Below are positions 7,601-15,612 of a stretch of DNA of 21,546 nt, one piece after another. Position 1 is the stretch's first letter; every line of letters begins with the position of its first letter. Below the pieces are notes generated by a model, which was given only the letters and a program-made list of their open reading frames with translations, made no database searches and was not told the DNA's origin. The position numbers and the translations under genes were made by a program. The DNA is from Pirellulales bacterium (GTDB lineage Bacteria; Planctomycetota; Planctomycetia; Pirellulales; JAICIG01), in contig JBBDYJ010000033.1 of assembly GCA_040901675.1 (NCBI GenBank), positions 1 through 21,546 of the forward strand. Reading direction: 5' to 3'.

Positions 7601-8965
7601 ATGTCGTTGTTCGAAGCCAGCGAAGCTGCCAACCGCCGCGGGGCGGAGCCGCTCGCCGCCCGCATGAGGCCGGCCACGCTCGACGAGTTCGTCGGCCAAC
7701 AGCACTTTCTCGGCGAGGGCAAGCTGCTGCGCCGGTTGTTGAAGGCCGACCGGCTTGGCTCGGTGATCTTTTACGGCCCTCCCGGCACCGGCAAAACCAC
7801 CTTGGCACGCTTGCTGGCCACTGAGAGCCGCAGCCGCTTCCACCAGCTCAACGCCGTCACCAGCGGCGTCAAGGAGCTCCGCGAAGTGATCGTCGAGGCC
7901 CGCGACCGCCTCTCGGCCAGCGGCCAAAAAACCTTGCTGTTCATCGACGAAATCCATCGCTTCAACAAGCTGCAGCAGGATGTGCTGCTGCCCGACGTGG
8001 AGGAAGGGGTCGTGATCCTCGTCGGCGCCACCACCCAGAATCCGTTCTTCGCCATCAACAGCGCCCTGGTCAGCCGCAGCCGCGTCTTCCGCTTCGAGCC
8101 CCTGTCGCACGACGACATCAAGCTCCTGCTCCGGCGGGCCCTGGCCGACCGCGAGCGAGGATTGGGCAACCACGATGTGCGGATCGGCGACGACGTGCTC
8201 GATTTCCTGGCCGAAGTCAGCGACGGCGACGCACGGCGGGCCCTGGCAGCGCTCGAAGTAGGCGTCTTGTCCAGCGACCGCCGGCCGCTCGTTTTCGATC
8301 GGGCCCTGGCCGAGGAATCGGTGCAGCGCAAGGCCATCGAATACGACCGCGACGGCGACTCTCACTACGATGCCGCCAGCGCGCTGATCAAGAGCATCCG
8401 CGGCAGCGATCCCGACGCCGCCCTGTACTGGCTGGCCCGCATGCTGGAGGCAGGCGAGGATGTGCGCTTTCTGGCTCGCCGCATCGTGATCGCCGCCAGC
8501 GAGGACATCGGCAACGCCGATCCTCAGGCTCTCGTCGTGGCCGTCGCCGCCATGCAGGCCTGCGAGTTCGTCGGCCTGCCCGAGTGCCAGTTGCCTTTGG
8601 CCCAGGCCGTGACCTACCTGGCCTGCGCCCCCAAGTCGAACGCCGCCACGCTCGGCATTGCCGAAGCACGCCGCGACGTCAACGAGGGACGGCTGCTGCC
8701 CGTCCCCGTGCACCTGCGCGATAGCCACTATCCCGGCGCGGGCCGGCTCGGCCACGGCGAGGGATATCAATATACCCACGATGCACCCGGCGGCATTGCC
8801 TCGCAGGATTACCTGGGCGTCGAGCGCGAGTACTACCGGCCCGTCGACCGCGGTTTCGAGATCGAGCTCGGCCGCCGTCTCGCCGACATCCGCGCCCGCC
8901 TCCGCCAGGAAGCGGGCCGCGGCACCCAGGCCGGTGGAGAGCGGCAATTGGAGGGTGAAGGGTAA
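7601..8965 (+). CDS. rarA: Replication-associated recombination protein A (RarA/MgsA AAA+ ATPase)
   Basis: PLAARMRP, GPPGTGKTT, FIDEIHRFNKLQQD, GATTQNP, SALIKSIRGSDPDAALYWLARM, ASEDIGNADP, VPVHLRD. GGGAG RBS before ATG 7601. Confidence 0.95.
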   Translation: MSLFEASEAANRRGAEPLAARMRPATLDEFVGQQHFLGEGKLLRRLLKADRLGSVIFYGPPGTGKTTLARLLATESRSRFHQLNAVTSGVKELREVIVEARDRLSASGQKTLLFIDEIHRFNKLQQDVLLPDVEEGVVILVGATTQNPFFAINSALVSRSRVFRFEPLSHDDIKLLLRRALADRERGLGNHDVRIGDDVLDFLAEVSDGDARRALAALEVGVLSSDRRPLVFDRALAEESVQRKAIEYDRDGDSHYDAASALIKSIRGSDPDAALYWLARMLEAGEDVRFLARRIVIAASEDIGNADPQALVVAVAAMQACEFVGLPECQLPLAQAVTYLACAPKSNAATLGIAEARRDVNEGRLLPVPVHLRDSHYPGAGRLGHGEGYQYTHDAPGGIASQDYLGVEREYYRPVDRGFEIELGRRLADIRARLRQEAGRGTQAGGERQLEGEG

Positions 8966-9027
8966 AAGAGGCAAGTACGGCAGACTGGCCGGTCTCCTTC
9001 CCCCTTATAGCTGGCAGCTAACCTTTA

Positions 9028-9139
9028 TTCTGCCCTCTGCCTTCTCCCTTCTGCCCTCTGACCTCTGACCTCTGCCTTCTCCCTTCTGCCTTCTCCCTTC
9101 TCCCTTCTGCCCTCTGCCTTCTCCCTTCCGCCCTCTGCT
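9028..9139 (+). repeat. Heptamer tandem repeat array, 16 units (TTCTGCC/CTCTGCC/TTCTCCC/CTCTGAC)
   Basis: Sixteen in-phase 7-mers read directly from the sequence, in the intergenic region between rarA and the L,D-transpeptidase gene. Confidence 0.95.
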
Positions 9140-9225
9140 GCCGCCCACTCCTCTAGCACGATTTCGGGCCTTGGACTATCATCCGCCGCTTAAATCCAAG
9201 CCCGGCGTTGCCATGGAGGGCAATC

Positions 9226-10458
9226 GTGAGCTCGTTCAAGACTGTATTTCTGTCCGTCTTGCTGTCGGCCGCGGCCTACGGCGTCTACGTGGCCGTGACC
9301 GGCAAGCCGCCCAGCGACCCGCCCAAAGAGGCCGGCGAGTGGGAGCACGAGCCGCACGTCGAGATGCCCGCCATGCCCGCGCCGGTAGCCGGGAACGTGC
9401 CTTCGCAGCCAACTGGGACCCCACCGGCAGCCTCCTCCGGTGCTGGCGAATCGTCCACGGCGCCCCCGTATACTCCGGCCGAGTCTGCCGCCGGCGCGCC
9501 GCCCTACTCGCCCTCAGCGGCTCCGAAGAACAAATCCCCGGCGCCCACCTACCCGACTACTACAACTCCCGCGTCGGCATACGAGCCAGCCGCTACCGAA
9601 GTTCATGGCCGCTCCAGGGGTCCTGACGACCCGCAGGCCGGCCAGCGCTATCCTTCCACGGATCGCTACCCGGCCGATCCCGTGGGAGCCGCCGTGCCCG
9701 CTGGCTACAACGGCGAGCAGCCCGCCACGGCCGCCGGCAGCGAGTTTCGATCCGTCTCCGCCGAGGCGCAGGCCCTCTTGGATCAGGGCCGGCTGGCCGA
9801 AGCCTTGTCCGAGCTGTCCCAGTGGTTCGACGATCCCCGGCTGACCACCAACGAGCAGGCCGACTTGATCGATTTGCTCGATGGCCTGGCCGGGACGGTA
9901 ATTTATTCGCGCGAGCATCTGGTGGAGCCCGCCTACCAGGTCCAGCCCGGCGATTCGCTGGAGCGGATTGCCGAGGCCTACCAGGTGCCCTGGCAACTGC
10001 TGGCCAAGATCAACGGTATTTCGGACCCGCAGCGTCTCCGGCCCGGCCAGCTGCTCAAGGTGGTCCGCGGACCATTCGACGCCGTGATCGACCTGGACCA
10101 GTTCCGGCTCACGCTGTTCCTCGACGGCCGCTATGCCGGGCGTTTCAACGTCGGCGTCGGCCAGGACATGAGCACGCCGGAGGGAGAGTTTGTTGTCCTG
10201 AACAAGGTGGCCAACCCGACCTACTACGGCCCGGACCGCGTTATCGACGCCGACGACCCGGCCAATCCGCTGGGTGAATTCGCCCTGGACTTGGGCAACC
10301 AGATCTGGGTGCATGGCACGCACGATCCGGCCAGCATCAACCAGGCCGAGTCGCGCGGCTGCATCCGCCTGTCGCCCGCCGACATCCAGGACGTGTTCGA
10401 CATCCTCTCCCATCGCACCGGCCGGTGCGAGGGGTCGCGGGTGCTGATCCGCCGCTAG
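9226..10458 (+). CDS. LysM-containing L,D-transpeptidase (YkuD family) with N-terminal membrane anchor and Pro/Ala-rich linker
   Basis: N-terminal TM segment, LysM (YQVQPGDSLERIAEAYQVPWQLLAKINGI..LRPGQLLKV), and YkuD motifs TPEGEF, NPLG, IWVHGT, SRGCIRL. GGAGGG RBS before GTG 9226. Confidence 0.9.
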   Translation: MSSFKTVFLSVLLSAAAYGVYVAVTGKPPSDPPKEAGEWEHEPHVEMPAMPAPVAGNVPSQPTGTPPAASSGAGESSTAPPYTPAESAAGAPPYSPSAAPKNKSPAPTYPTTTTPASAYEPAATEVHGRSRGPDDPQAGQRYPSTDRYPADPVGAAVPAGYNGEQPATAAGSEFRSVSAEAQALLDQGRLAEALSELSQWFDDPRLTTNEQADLIDLLDGLAGTVIYSREHLVEPAYQVQPGDSLERIAEAYQVPWQLLAKINGISDPQRLRPGQLLKVVRGPFDAVIDLDQFRLTLFLDGRYAGRFNVGVGQDMSTPEGEFVVLNKVANPTYYGPDRVIDADDPANPLGEFALDLGNQIWVHGTHDPASINQAESRGCIRLSPADIQDVFDILSHRTGRCEGSRVLIRR

Positions 10459-10459
10459 C

Positions 10460-10475
10460 AGCCGCCGCGGCGGCT
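10460..10475. terminator. Perfect 16-bp GC palindrome just after the L,D-transpeptidase stop
   Basis: AGCCGCCGCGGCGGCT. No strong U-tract, so a terminator role is uncertain. Confidence 0.25.
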
Positions 10476-10565
10476 ATCTCAGGGGCCGCTTCGCTGGTAT
10501 AGAAACGATTTTGGGGCCGCGGTTTTTTCGGGGCGGTTGGCAGTCAGACGCAGCGAGGCCAGGCG

Positions 10566-11171
10566 GTGTACAACAAGCAGGCGTTGATTGATCTGGTGCG
10601 CGTCCGTGCACTCAAGTTCGGCGACTTCACCTTGGCCTCCGGCAAAAAGGCCAACTACTACCTGGACGCCAAGCAGGTTACGCTCGACTCGACCGGTGCC
10701 CGGCTGGTGGGCGAAGGCATCCTCGAAATGCTCGCCGATCAATTCCCCAAGGCCGTCGGCGGCATGTCGATCGGCGCCGATCCGATCACCTCGGCCGTGG
10801 TCACGCTGGCCGGCGTACACGGCCTGCGGCTGTCGGGCTTCCTGGTCCGCAAGGAGCCGAAGGGGCACGGCACCCAGCGATACATCGAGGGTCCGGTCCA
10901 GCCCGGCGACCACGTGGTGATCGTCGAAGACGTGGTCACGACCGGCGGGTCGTCGCTTTTGGCCATCGAGCGGGCCCGCGAGTTCGGCCTGGTGGTGACC
11001 CGCGCGGTTGCCATCATCGACCGCTTGGAAGGCGCCGCCGAGGCCTTTACCAAGGTCGGCTGCCCGTTTTCGAGCCTGCTGACCATTCGCGATTTCAACC
11101 TCGAGCCGCCCGCGGAAGGGGATGACGACAAGGAGACAAGGGGACAAGGAGACAAGGGGAAACGTCGGTAG
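10566..11171 (+). CDS. pyrE: Orotate phosphoribosyltransferase
   Basis: FGDFTLASGKKANYYLD, GADPI, VRKEPKGHG, PRPP motif VVIVEDVVTTGGS. GTG start with AGG upstream. Confidence 0.95.
   Translation: MYNKQALIDLVRVRALKFGDFTLASGKKANYYLDAKQVTLDSTGARLVGEGILEMLADQFPKAVGGMSIGADPITSAVVTLAGVHGLRLSGFLVRKEPKGHGTQRYIEGPVQPGDHVVIVEDVVTTGGSSLLAIERAREFGLVVTRAVAIIDRLEGAAEAFTKVGCPFSSLLTIRDFNLEPPAEGDDDKETRGQGDKGKRR
11127..11160 (+). repeat. Octamer tandem repeat (GACAAGGR)x4 in the pyrE 3' end
   Basis: GACAAGGA GACAAGGG GACAAGGA GACAAGGG GA, translated as the DKETRGQGDKG tail. Confidence 0.9.
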
Positions 11172-11260
11172 CCGTCTTGAGTTGATCGCTGAAACGGCCT
11201 TCGGTGGAATGGCTGGTTGTCCCGTTCCTCCGCCACCCGCAACGCGCCAAGCGTCACCCG

Positions 11261-11950
11261 ATGGAAACTTCGTTGCACCGCGATCTCAAGCAGCTCTATG
11301 CCGGCGGCGCGGCGCGGGTCGAGGCGCGGCATGGCAGCTACCGGATCGACGTGGTGGCAGGCAACGAGCTGATCGAGATCCAGCACGGCTCGCTGGCGGC
11401 CATTCGCGACAAGGTCCGCTTCCTGCTCGGCAACCACGATGTCCGCCTGGTCAAGCCGATCGTGGCCGGCAAGCTGCTGGTCAGGCGCGTGCGGAAGAAC
11501 GGGCCCGTGGTGGCCCGCCGTCTGAGTCCCAAGCGCGGCTCGCTGGTCGACCTGTTCGACGAGCTGGTCTATTTCACCGCGGTGTTTCCGCATCCGCGGC
11601 TGACGCTGGAAGTGCTGTTGGTCGAGATCGAGGAATGGCGTTACCCCGGCCACGGGCGGCGTCGCCGCCACCGGGCCAGCGACTTTGTGGTCGAGGACCA
11701 GAAGCTCTGCCGCGTCATTGCCAGCCGGCAGTTCCGCACGGCCGCCGACCTGTGCGGCCTGATTGGCCGCCCCTTGCCCAAATCCTTTCACACCGGCCAT
11801 CTGGCCGAGGCCCTTGGCGTCGCGCGGCACGTCGCCCAGCGGGTTGCCTATTGTTTCCGGCAGACCGGTGCCGCCCGAACCGTCGGCAAGCTCGGCAACG
11901 CCCACTTGTACCAACTCGTTCCACCCCCGCGCCTCAGGCGCGGCGCATGA
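11261..11950 (+). CDS. Conserved hypothetical protein, PD-(D/E)XK nuclease-like with C-terminal winged HTH
   Basis: METSLHRDLK..VE....YRIDVV...LIEIQ resembles a restriction-endonuclease-like core. The C-terminus FHTGHLAEALGVARHVAQRVAYCFRQTG..VGKLGNAHLY resembles a wHTH. Confidence 0.75.
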   Translation: METSLHRDLKQLYAGGAARVEARHGSYRIDVVAGNELIEIQHGSLAAIRDKVRFLLGNHDVRLVKPIVAGKLLVRRVRKNGPVVARRLSPKRGSLVDLFDELVYFTAVFPHPRLTLEVLLVEIEEWRYPGHGRRRRHRASDFVVEDQKLCRVIASRQFRTAADLCGLIGRPLPKSFHTGHLAEALGVARHVAQRVAYCFRQTGAARTVGKLGNAHLYQLVPPPRLRRGA

Positions 11951-11982
11951 GCAACCAAGGAGCATCTGCGGTCCTGGCAAGC

Positions 11983-12063
11983 ACGTGGGACGGCCTTCCC
12001 TGCCATCTAGAGCAACGACTCCGGGTGCTGGCCCAAACGTGGGACGGCCTTCCCAGGCCGTCC
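11983..12063 (+). repeat. Two GTGG-footed REP-like units 54 bp apart
   Basis: ACGTGGGACGGCCTTCCC at 11983-12000 and 12037-12054. The second completes the hairpin GGACGGCCT-TCCC-AGGCCGTCC (12042-12063). Confidence 0.7.
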
Positions 12064-12112
12064 GGCAACCCTGCTCGCTGGAACGCCTGCATGACTTCTA
12101 GGGCACCCCCCT

Positions 12113-12634
12113 CTTCAGCCCGCGAAGCGGGCGATAGTCCATAGCCGGGGTGCGTATGCCCCCGGTTTGCGACCCCAACGAATCTCTTTCCAGCCCCCGA
12201 AGCGGGCGACAGTACGCTCCGGGGACGCTGCCAGCGCTGACCGGGATACGCGTCACGCACCTGATGGCAACCTCGACGACGCGCCGAACATCTGGACCCC
12301 ACGTGATTCGGGGCCGAACTCGCGCCACGATCACTGTCGCCCCCTTCGGGGGCTTTACGACGTTGCCGGTGGCGCGTACCGGGGGCTGACGCACCCCGGC
12401 TATTGACTTTCGCCCCGTCCGGGGCTGGTCATGCAGGCCCTCTATAAAACTCCAACCGTCTGCGCGCTGCGCCGCGTTTTCCGCGCAGCGCTCCGACGCT
12501 CGACAGCCGGTCAGCCCGCCGCAGCACCGCCCGCTTCAGCCCGCGAAGCGGGCGATAGTCAATAGCCGGGCGGCGTAAGCCCCCGGTTTGCGACCCCAAC
12601 GAATCTCTTTTCAGCCCGCGAAGCGGGCGGCAGT
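12113..12634. repeat. BIME/REP-like cluster: three ~100-bp multi-hairpin units (direct, inverted, direct)
   Basis: 12113-12213 and 12534-12634 are 101-bp direct repeats (7 mismatches by manual alignment, 421-bp period). 12333-12427 is a diverged inverted copy. Each unit has CAGCCC-G(C)GAAG-(C)GGGCGA hairpins at both ends and a central CCGGGG..CCCCGG hairpin. Confidence 0.85.
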
Positions 12635-12669
12635 CGTGTCGGTGGCCCGCCGAACGCGGTGCCCACTCC

Positions 12670-14196
12670 CTACTTGAGGGCCGCCAATAGCCGCCCGATC
12701 TGCCGGTGAACCGCTTCGGTCTGCTCGATCCAGAGCAATCCCGCGGCGCCGCGGATCGTGCCCGCGCCGCCGGCTGTTTGCCAGGTCGCAGGTTCCAATA
12801 CGTTGGGAATCGCGTGGACGAGTTCCTGCTCCGCCTCCGACTGATCGGCAAGCCAAAACAACGGCACGCGGTACGCTTTGAGCGTGAGGCCGTTGTCTGG
12901 CGCTGGTTGGACGCCTCGCTGGTCGGCGAGCGCGTTGCGCCTCGCCTCCCGAAGTGCCATCAGAAGTTTGTCGATTTGGTCATGGACATCGGCCGTCTGC
13001 AGGATGACGATCGCGCCGCAGTTGTCGAAGGCCTGTACGTCGTTGCTCGGCCCTGTGCCCTCGGACCACTTCGTCGGCTCGATACTAGACAGAATCAACT
13101 CGATCAGGCTGTCGAAATCCGGGCTCGGCTCCATGAACGACGAGCCGTCGGGCGGTCGCACCAGGTCGGCCACCGGGTACACCCTTGCTTCCATCATCCC
13201 CTCCGCCTCGGTCTTGCTCGTGATCAGCAGAACGTCGTCGCGAATGACGTAGGTGAGCTCGAGCGGCCCGAGGATCAGCTCCAGGGCAGACCCAAGCGAG
13301 ATCCCCGAGAGATGCGCCCTAATTCCGGCGTTGTCAACGCCCACGTCAAGCAGCGCCTTTCGATCGAGCTCGATCTCGATCTTGTGCCGACTCTCGAGGT
13401 AGTCCACCACCTCCGTCAACGGCCGATCGACGAAGTCGATACTGGTCTTCTCATCCAGAGCATTCTTGCTCGTTGCCTGCGCTGGAGATGGTTCGGGCTC
13501 GGAGGTCAAATCTCGCGGCCGATCGTGTGGTCCGTAGGCCGCCTGCTTGTCGCAGGTAGCACGCAAATCAGCCAGCAGCTTTTCGATCCGCTCGTGTTCT
13601 TCAGCCGTTTGCGAAATGACCAGCGCCTCGCAATTCGCGAACTCTTCGATGTACCCGACGCCACCGCAATCCCAACCGCATGGCGGGATCGTCGAAATGA
13701 TTGCCTCGATCAGACTATCGTAATCTGGTCTCCACTCGGCGGACGTTTCATCGCCAGAGAACCGGACTAGGTCGCCAACCGGGTACACCCGCGTATCGAG
13801 CATGCCGTCGGCTTCTGTCTGGCTGGTGATTAGCAGGACTTCGTTGCGAATCACGTAAGCAAGTTCATGTTCGCGCAGCATCAGCTTTAATGCCGCGCCG
13901 AGCGAAATGCCCGACAGGCTGGCCGTGATCGGCATGTCCTCGCCAACGCCCGCATCCATGAGCGCCGCGCGATCCAGTTGGATCTGGATCTTGTGCCTGT
14001 CCTGGAGCTCGGCGGCGACGTCGGTTAGTGGCCGGTCGACGAACTCGAACTCGGTGGGTTCACTCAGCGCCTGCCGGATGACCGCCTCCCATCGCGGGCG
14101 TCTGCCGTCCGGCTCGCTCCCAGCGACCGCGAGTGCCAAGCCGACCACCGCCCAGGCAAAAGCGCACGCCAAAACCAATCGCTCAAACCGGCGCAT
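12670..14196 (-). CDS. Exported protein with two STN/secretin-N-like modules and no secretin barrel
   Basis: Signal peptide, then two copies of [ALxExTxxxFVDRPLTxV..IxIxLDRxAL..LSGISLGxAL..YVIRxxVLLITS..RVYPVxDLV..DxDSLIExI..W..xxVIxQT..HxxIxKLL] and a terminal EPATWQTAGG..VHRQIGRLL segment. Confidence 0.85.
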   Translation of the reverse strand: MRRFERLVLACAFAWAVVGLALAVAGSEPDGRRPRWEAVIRQALSEPTEFEFVDRPLTDVAAELQDRHKIQIQLDRAALMDAGVGEDMPITASLSGISLGAALKLMLREHELAYVIRNEVLLITSQTEADGMLDTRVYPVGDLVRFSGDETSAEWRPDYDSLIEAIISTIPPCGWDCGGVGYIEEFANCEALVISQTAEEHERIEKLLADLRATCDKQAAYGPHDRPRDLTSEPEPSPAQATSKNALDEKTSIDFVDRPLTEVVDYLESRHKIEIELDRKALLDVGVDNAGIRAHLSGISLGSALELILGPLELTYVIRDDVLLITSKTEAEGMMEARVYPVADLVRPPDGSSFMEPSPDFDSLIELILSSIEPTKWSEGTGPSNDVQAFDNCGAIVILQTADVHDQIDKLLMALREARRNALADQRGVQPAPDNGLTLKAYRVPLFWLADQSEAEQELVHAIPNVLEPATWQTAGGAGTIRGAAGLLWIEQTEAVHRQIGRLLAALK

Positions 14197-14284
14197 CACT
14201 CTATTCCAATATCCAATCGGCTGCCCCCCGCCCCATGTGCCTGCAAGTCCGCCTCCGGAGGAACTGAAGGCGGATCCCTGCCCG

Positions 14285-15370
14285 CTACTCGAGGGCCATC
14301 AGCAACCGCCGGATCTGCCGGTGCACCTTCTCGGTCTGCCTGACCAGGAGCGAACCGGCGACGGCGTGAATGGCGCCTTGGCCGCCGGCCATCTGCCAGC
14401 TTTCCGGCTCGATGACCGTGGGGATCACCTTGGCCAACTCCTCGGCCGGCGTGCCTTCGCGGGCCGCCTGACCCGCGGCAGCACCGCTAAAACCACCGCC
14501 GCCGAATTGCGGCTGGACCGCGGGCGGGACGGTCGCACTGCCCGGCGCGCCGGGGGCCGCCTTCGGCTGCTCGGCTGGCTGGGACGGCGCTGGTGCGGGC
14601 GCGCCGGACAACGGGCTGCTCTTCAAGCCCGCCGGCAGGCGATAGATCCGCAGCGTCAGGGCGGTGTCGTCGGGCCGTGGCTGTTCCTGGTCTCGCACCT
14701 GAACAGCGCGCCTCTCGCGCGTCTTGCGCAGCGAGGCCAGCAGTTTCTCGATTTCTTCGTGGATTTCGTCGGTCTGCGAGATGACCAGGGCGTCGGCGTT
14801 GGCAAAAGGCTCTATGGATCCCGGTCCGCCCACCTCGTCCCACGAGGTGGGTCCAATCGACGAAGTAATCGACTCGACCAGATTATCGAAATTGGGCCTC
14901 AGTTCGACGACCAGGCCGTCATCCTCGGCCCGTACCAGGTCGCCGACCGGATACACCTTGGTTTCCAGCAGTCCCTCGGCCTCGGTCTTGCTCGTGATCA
15001 GCAGCACTTCGTTGCGGATCACGGAGGTCAACTCGTGTTGATCGAGCAGCAAGCGCAGCGCCGACCGCAGGGTGATGCCCCTTACACTCATGGTGAGTGG
15101 CGTGTCCGAGCCAACTCCGGCGCCGGTCAGCGCCGGGGTGTCCAACTGAATCTCGATTCCATGCCTGGCCTTCAGGATGTCGATAGCGTCGTTCAGCGGC
15201 GTATCGATGAAATCCAACTCGGTCGGCTCAGCCAGCGCCGCCTTGATTCTCTCTTCCGGTCCGGAGGCACCGGCATCCGCGTTCTTGTTGTCTGCTCTGG
15301 CGCTGCTGGCAAGCCCGAGCACCGCCCCTGCAAAGGCCAAAACGAAACTGGCTCGTCTGAACCTGGTCAT
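14285..15370 (-). CDS. Exported STN/secretin-N-like protein, single-module paralog of the downstream gene
   Basis: Signal peptide ending ASSARA, one module (FIDTPL..VIRNEVLLITSKTEAEG..KVYPVGDLV..PTSWDEVGGPGSI..LVISQTDEIHEEIEKLL), a Pro/Gly linker and terminal EPESWQMAGG..VHRQIRRLL. AGGAG RBS before ATG 15370. Confidence 0.85.
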   Translation of the reverse strand: MTRFRRASFVLAFAGAVLGLASSARADNKNADAGASGPEERIKAALAEPTELDFIDTPLNDAIDILKARHGIEIQLDTPALTGAGVGSDTPLTMSVRGITLRSALRLLLDQHELTSVIRNEVLLITSKTEAEGLLETKVYPVGDLVRAEDDGLVVELRPNFDNLVESITSSIGPTSWDEVGGPGSIEPFANADALVISQTDEIHEEIEKLLASLRKTRERRAVQVRDQEQPRPDDTALTLRIYRLPAGLKSSPLSGAPAPAPSQPAEQPKAAPGAPGSATVPPAVQPQFGGGGFSGAAAGQAAREGTPAEELAKVIPTVIEPESWQMAGGQGAIHAVAGSLLVRQTEKVHRQIRRLLMALE

Positions 15371-15547
15371 AACACGTCTCCTGTTCCTATAGCTCTGTTC
15401 CAATCCGAAACGAATACAACCGAGAAGCGGACTCCTCCTTTCAGCTCAAAGGCGAATGCCAAAGCGCCACTTTGAGAGAACTGTTGAGAAATGTGCCAGC
15501 GAGATCAGGCCAGGACGCATATCCTCGCTGCCCCGTCTACTTCGAAC

Positions 15548-15563
15548 CGTCACGAACGTGACG
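15548..15563. promoter_or_regulatory. Dyad CGTCACG-AA-CGTGACG, possible operator
   Basis: Perfect 7-bp arms in the intergenic region upstream of the STN-like gene pair. Confidence 0.25.
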
Positions 15564-15612
15564 CGCCCGCGCGCGAAAAGTGCCTCTTCAGGCGGCGGAC
15601 TTGACCATGAGA

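Noticed and set aside
11983..12634. Possible CRISPR array
   Set aside because: Units are ~100 bp or only two copies, in mixed orientation, without regular unique spacers, and no cas genes are in the window.
11934..12856. Several 79-140-aa ORFs in the repeat island
   Set aside because: They are translations of the palindromic repeats (recurring RPLRGL, SPRSGR peptides) with no coding signature.
13907..15475. 522-aa plus-strand ORF, and similar long antisense ORFs (7520-8974, 1603-2760, 10739-11980)
   Set aside because: They lie antisense to well-supported genes and have low-information composition.
15484..15499. Minus-strand TGGCAC as a sigma-54 promoter
   Set aside because: The required -12 TTGC element is absent at the correct spacing.
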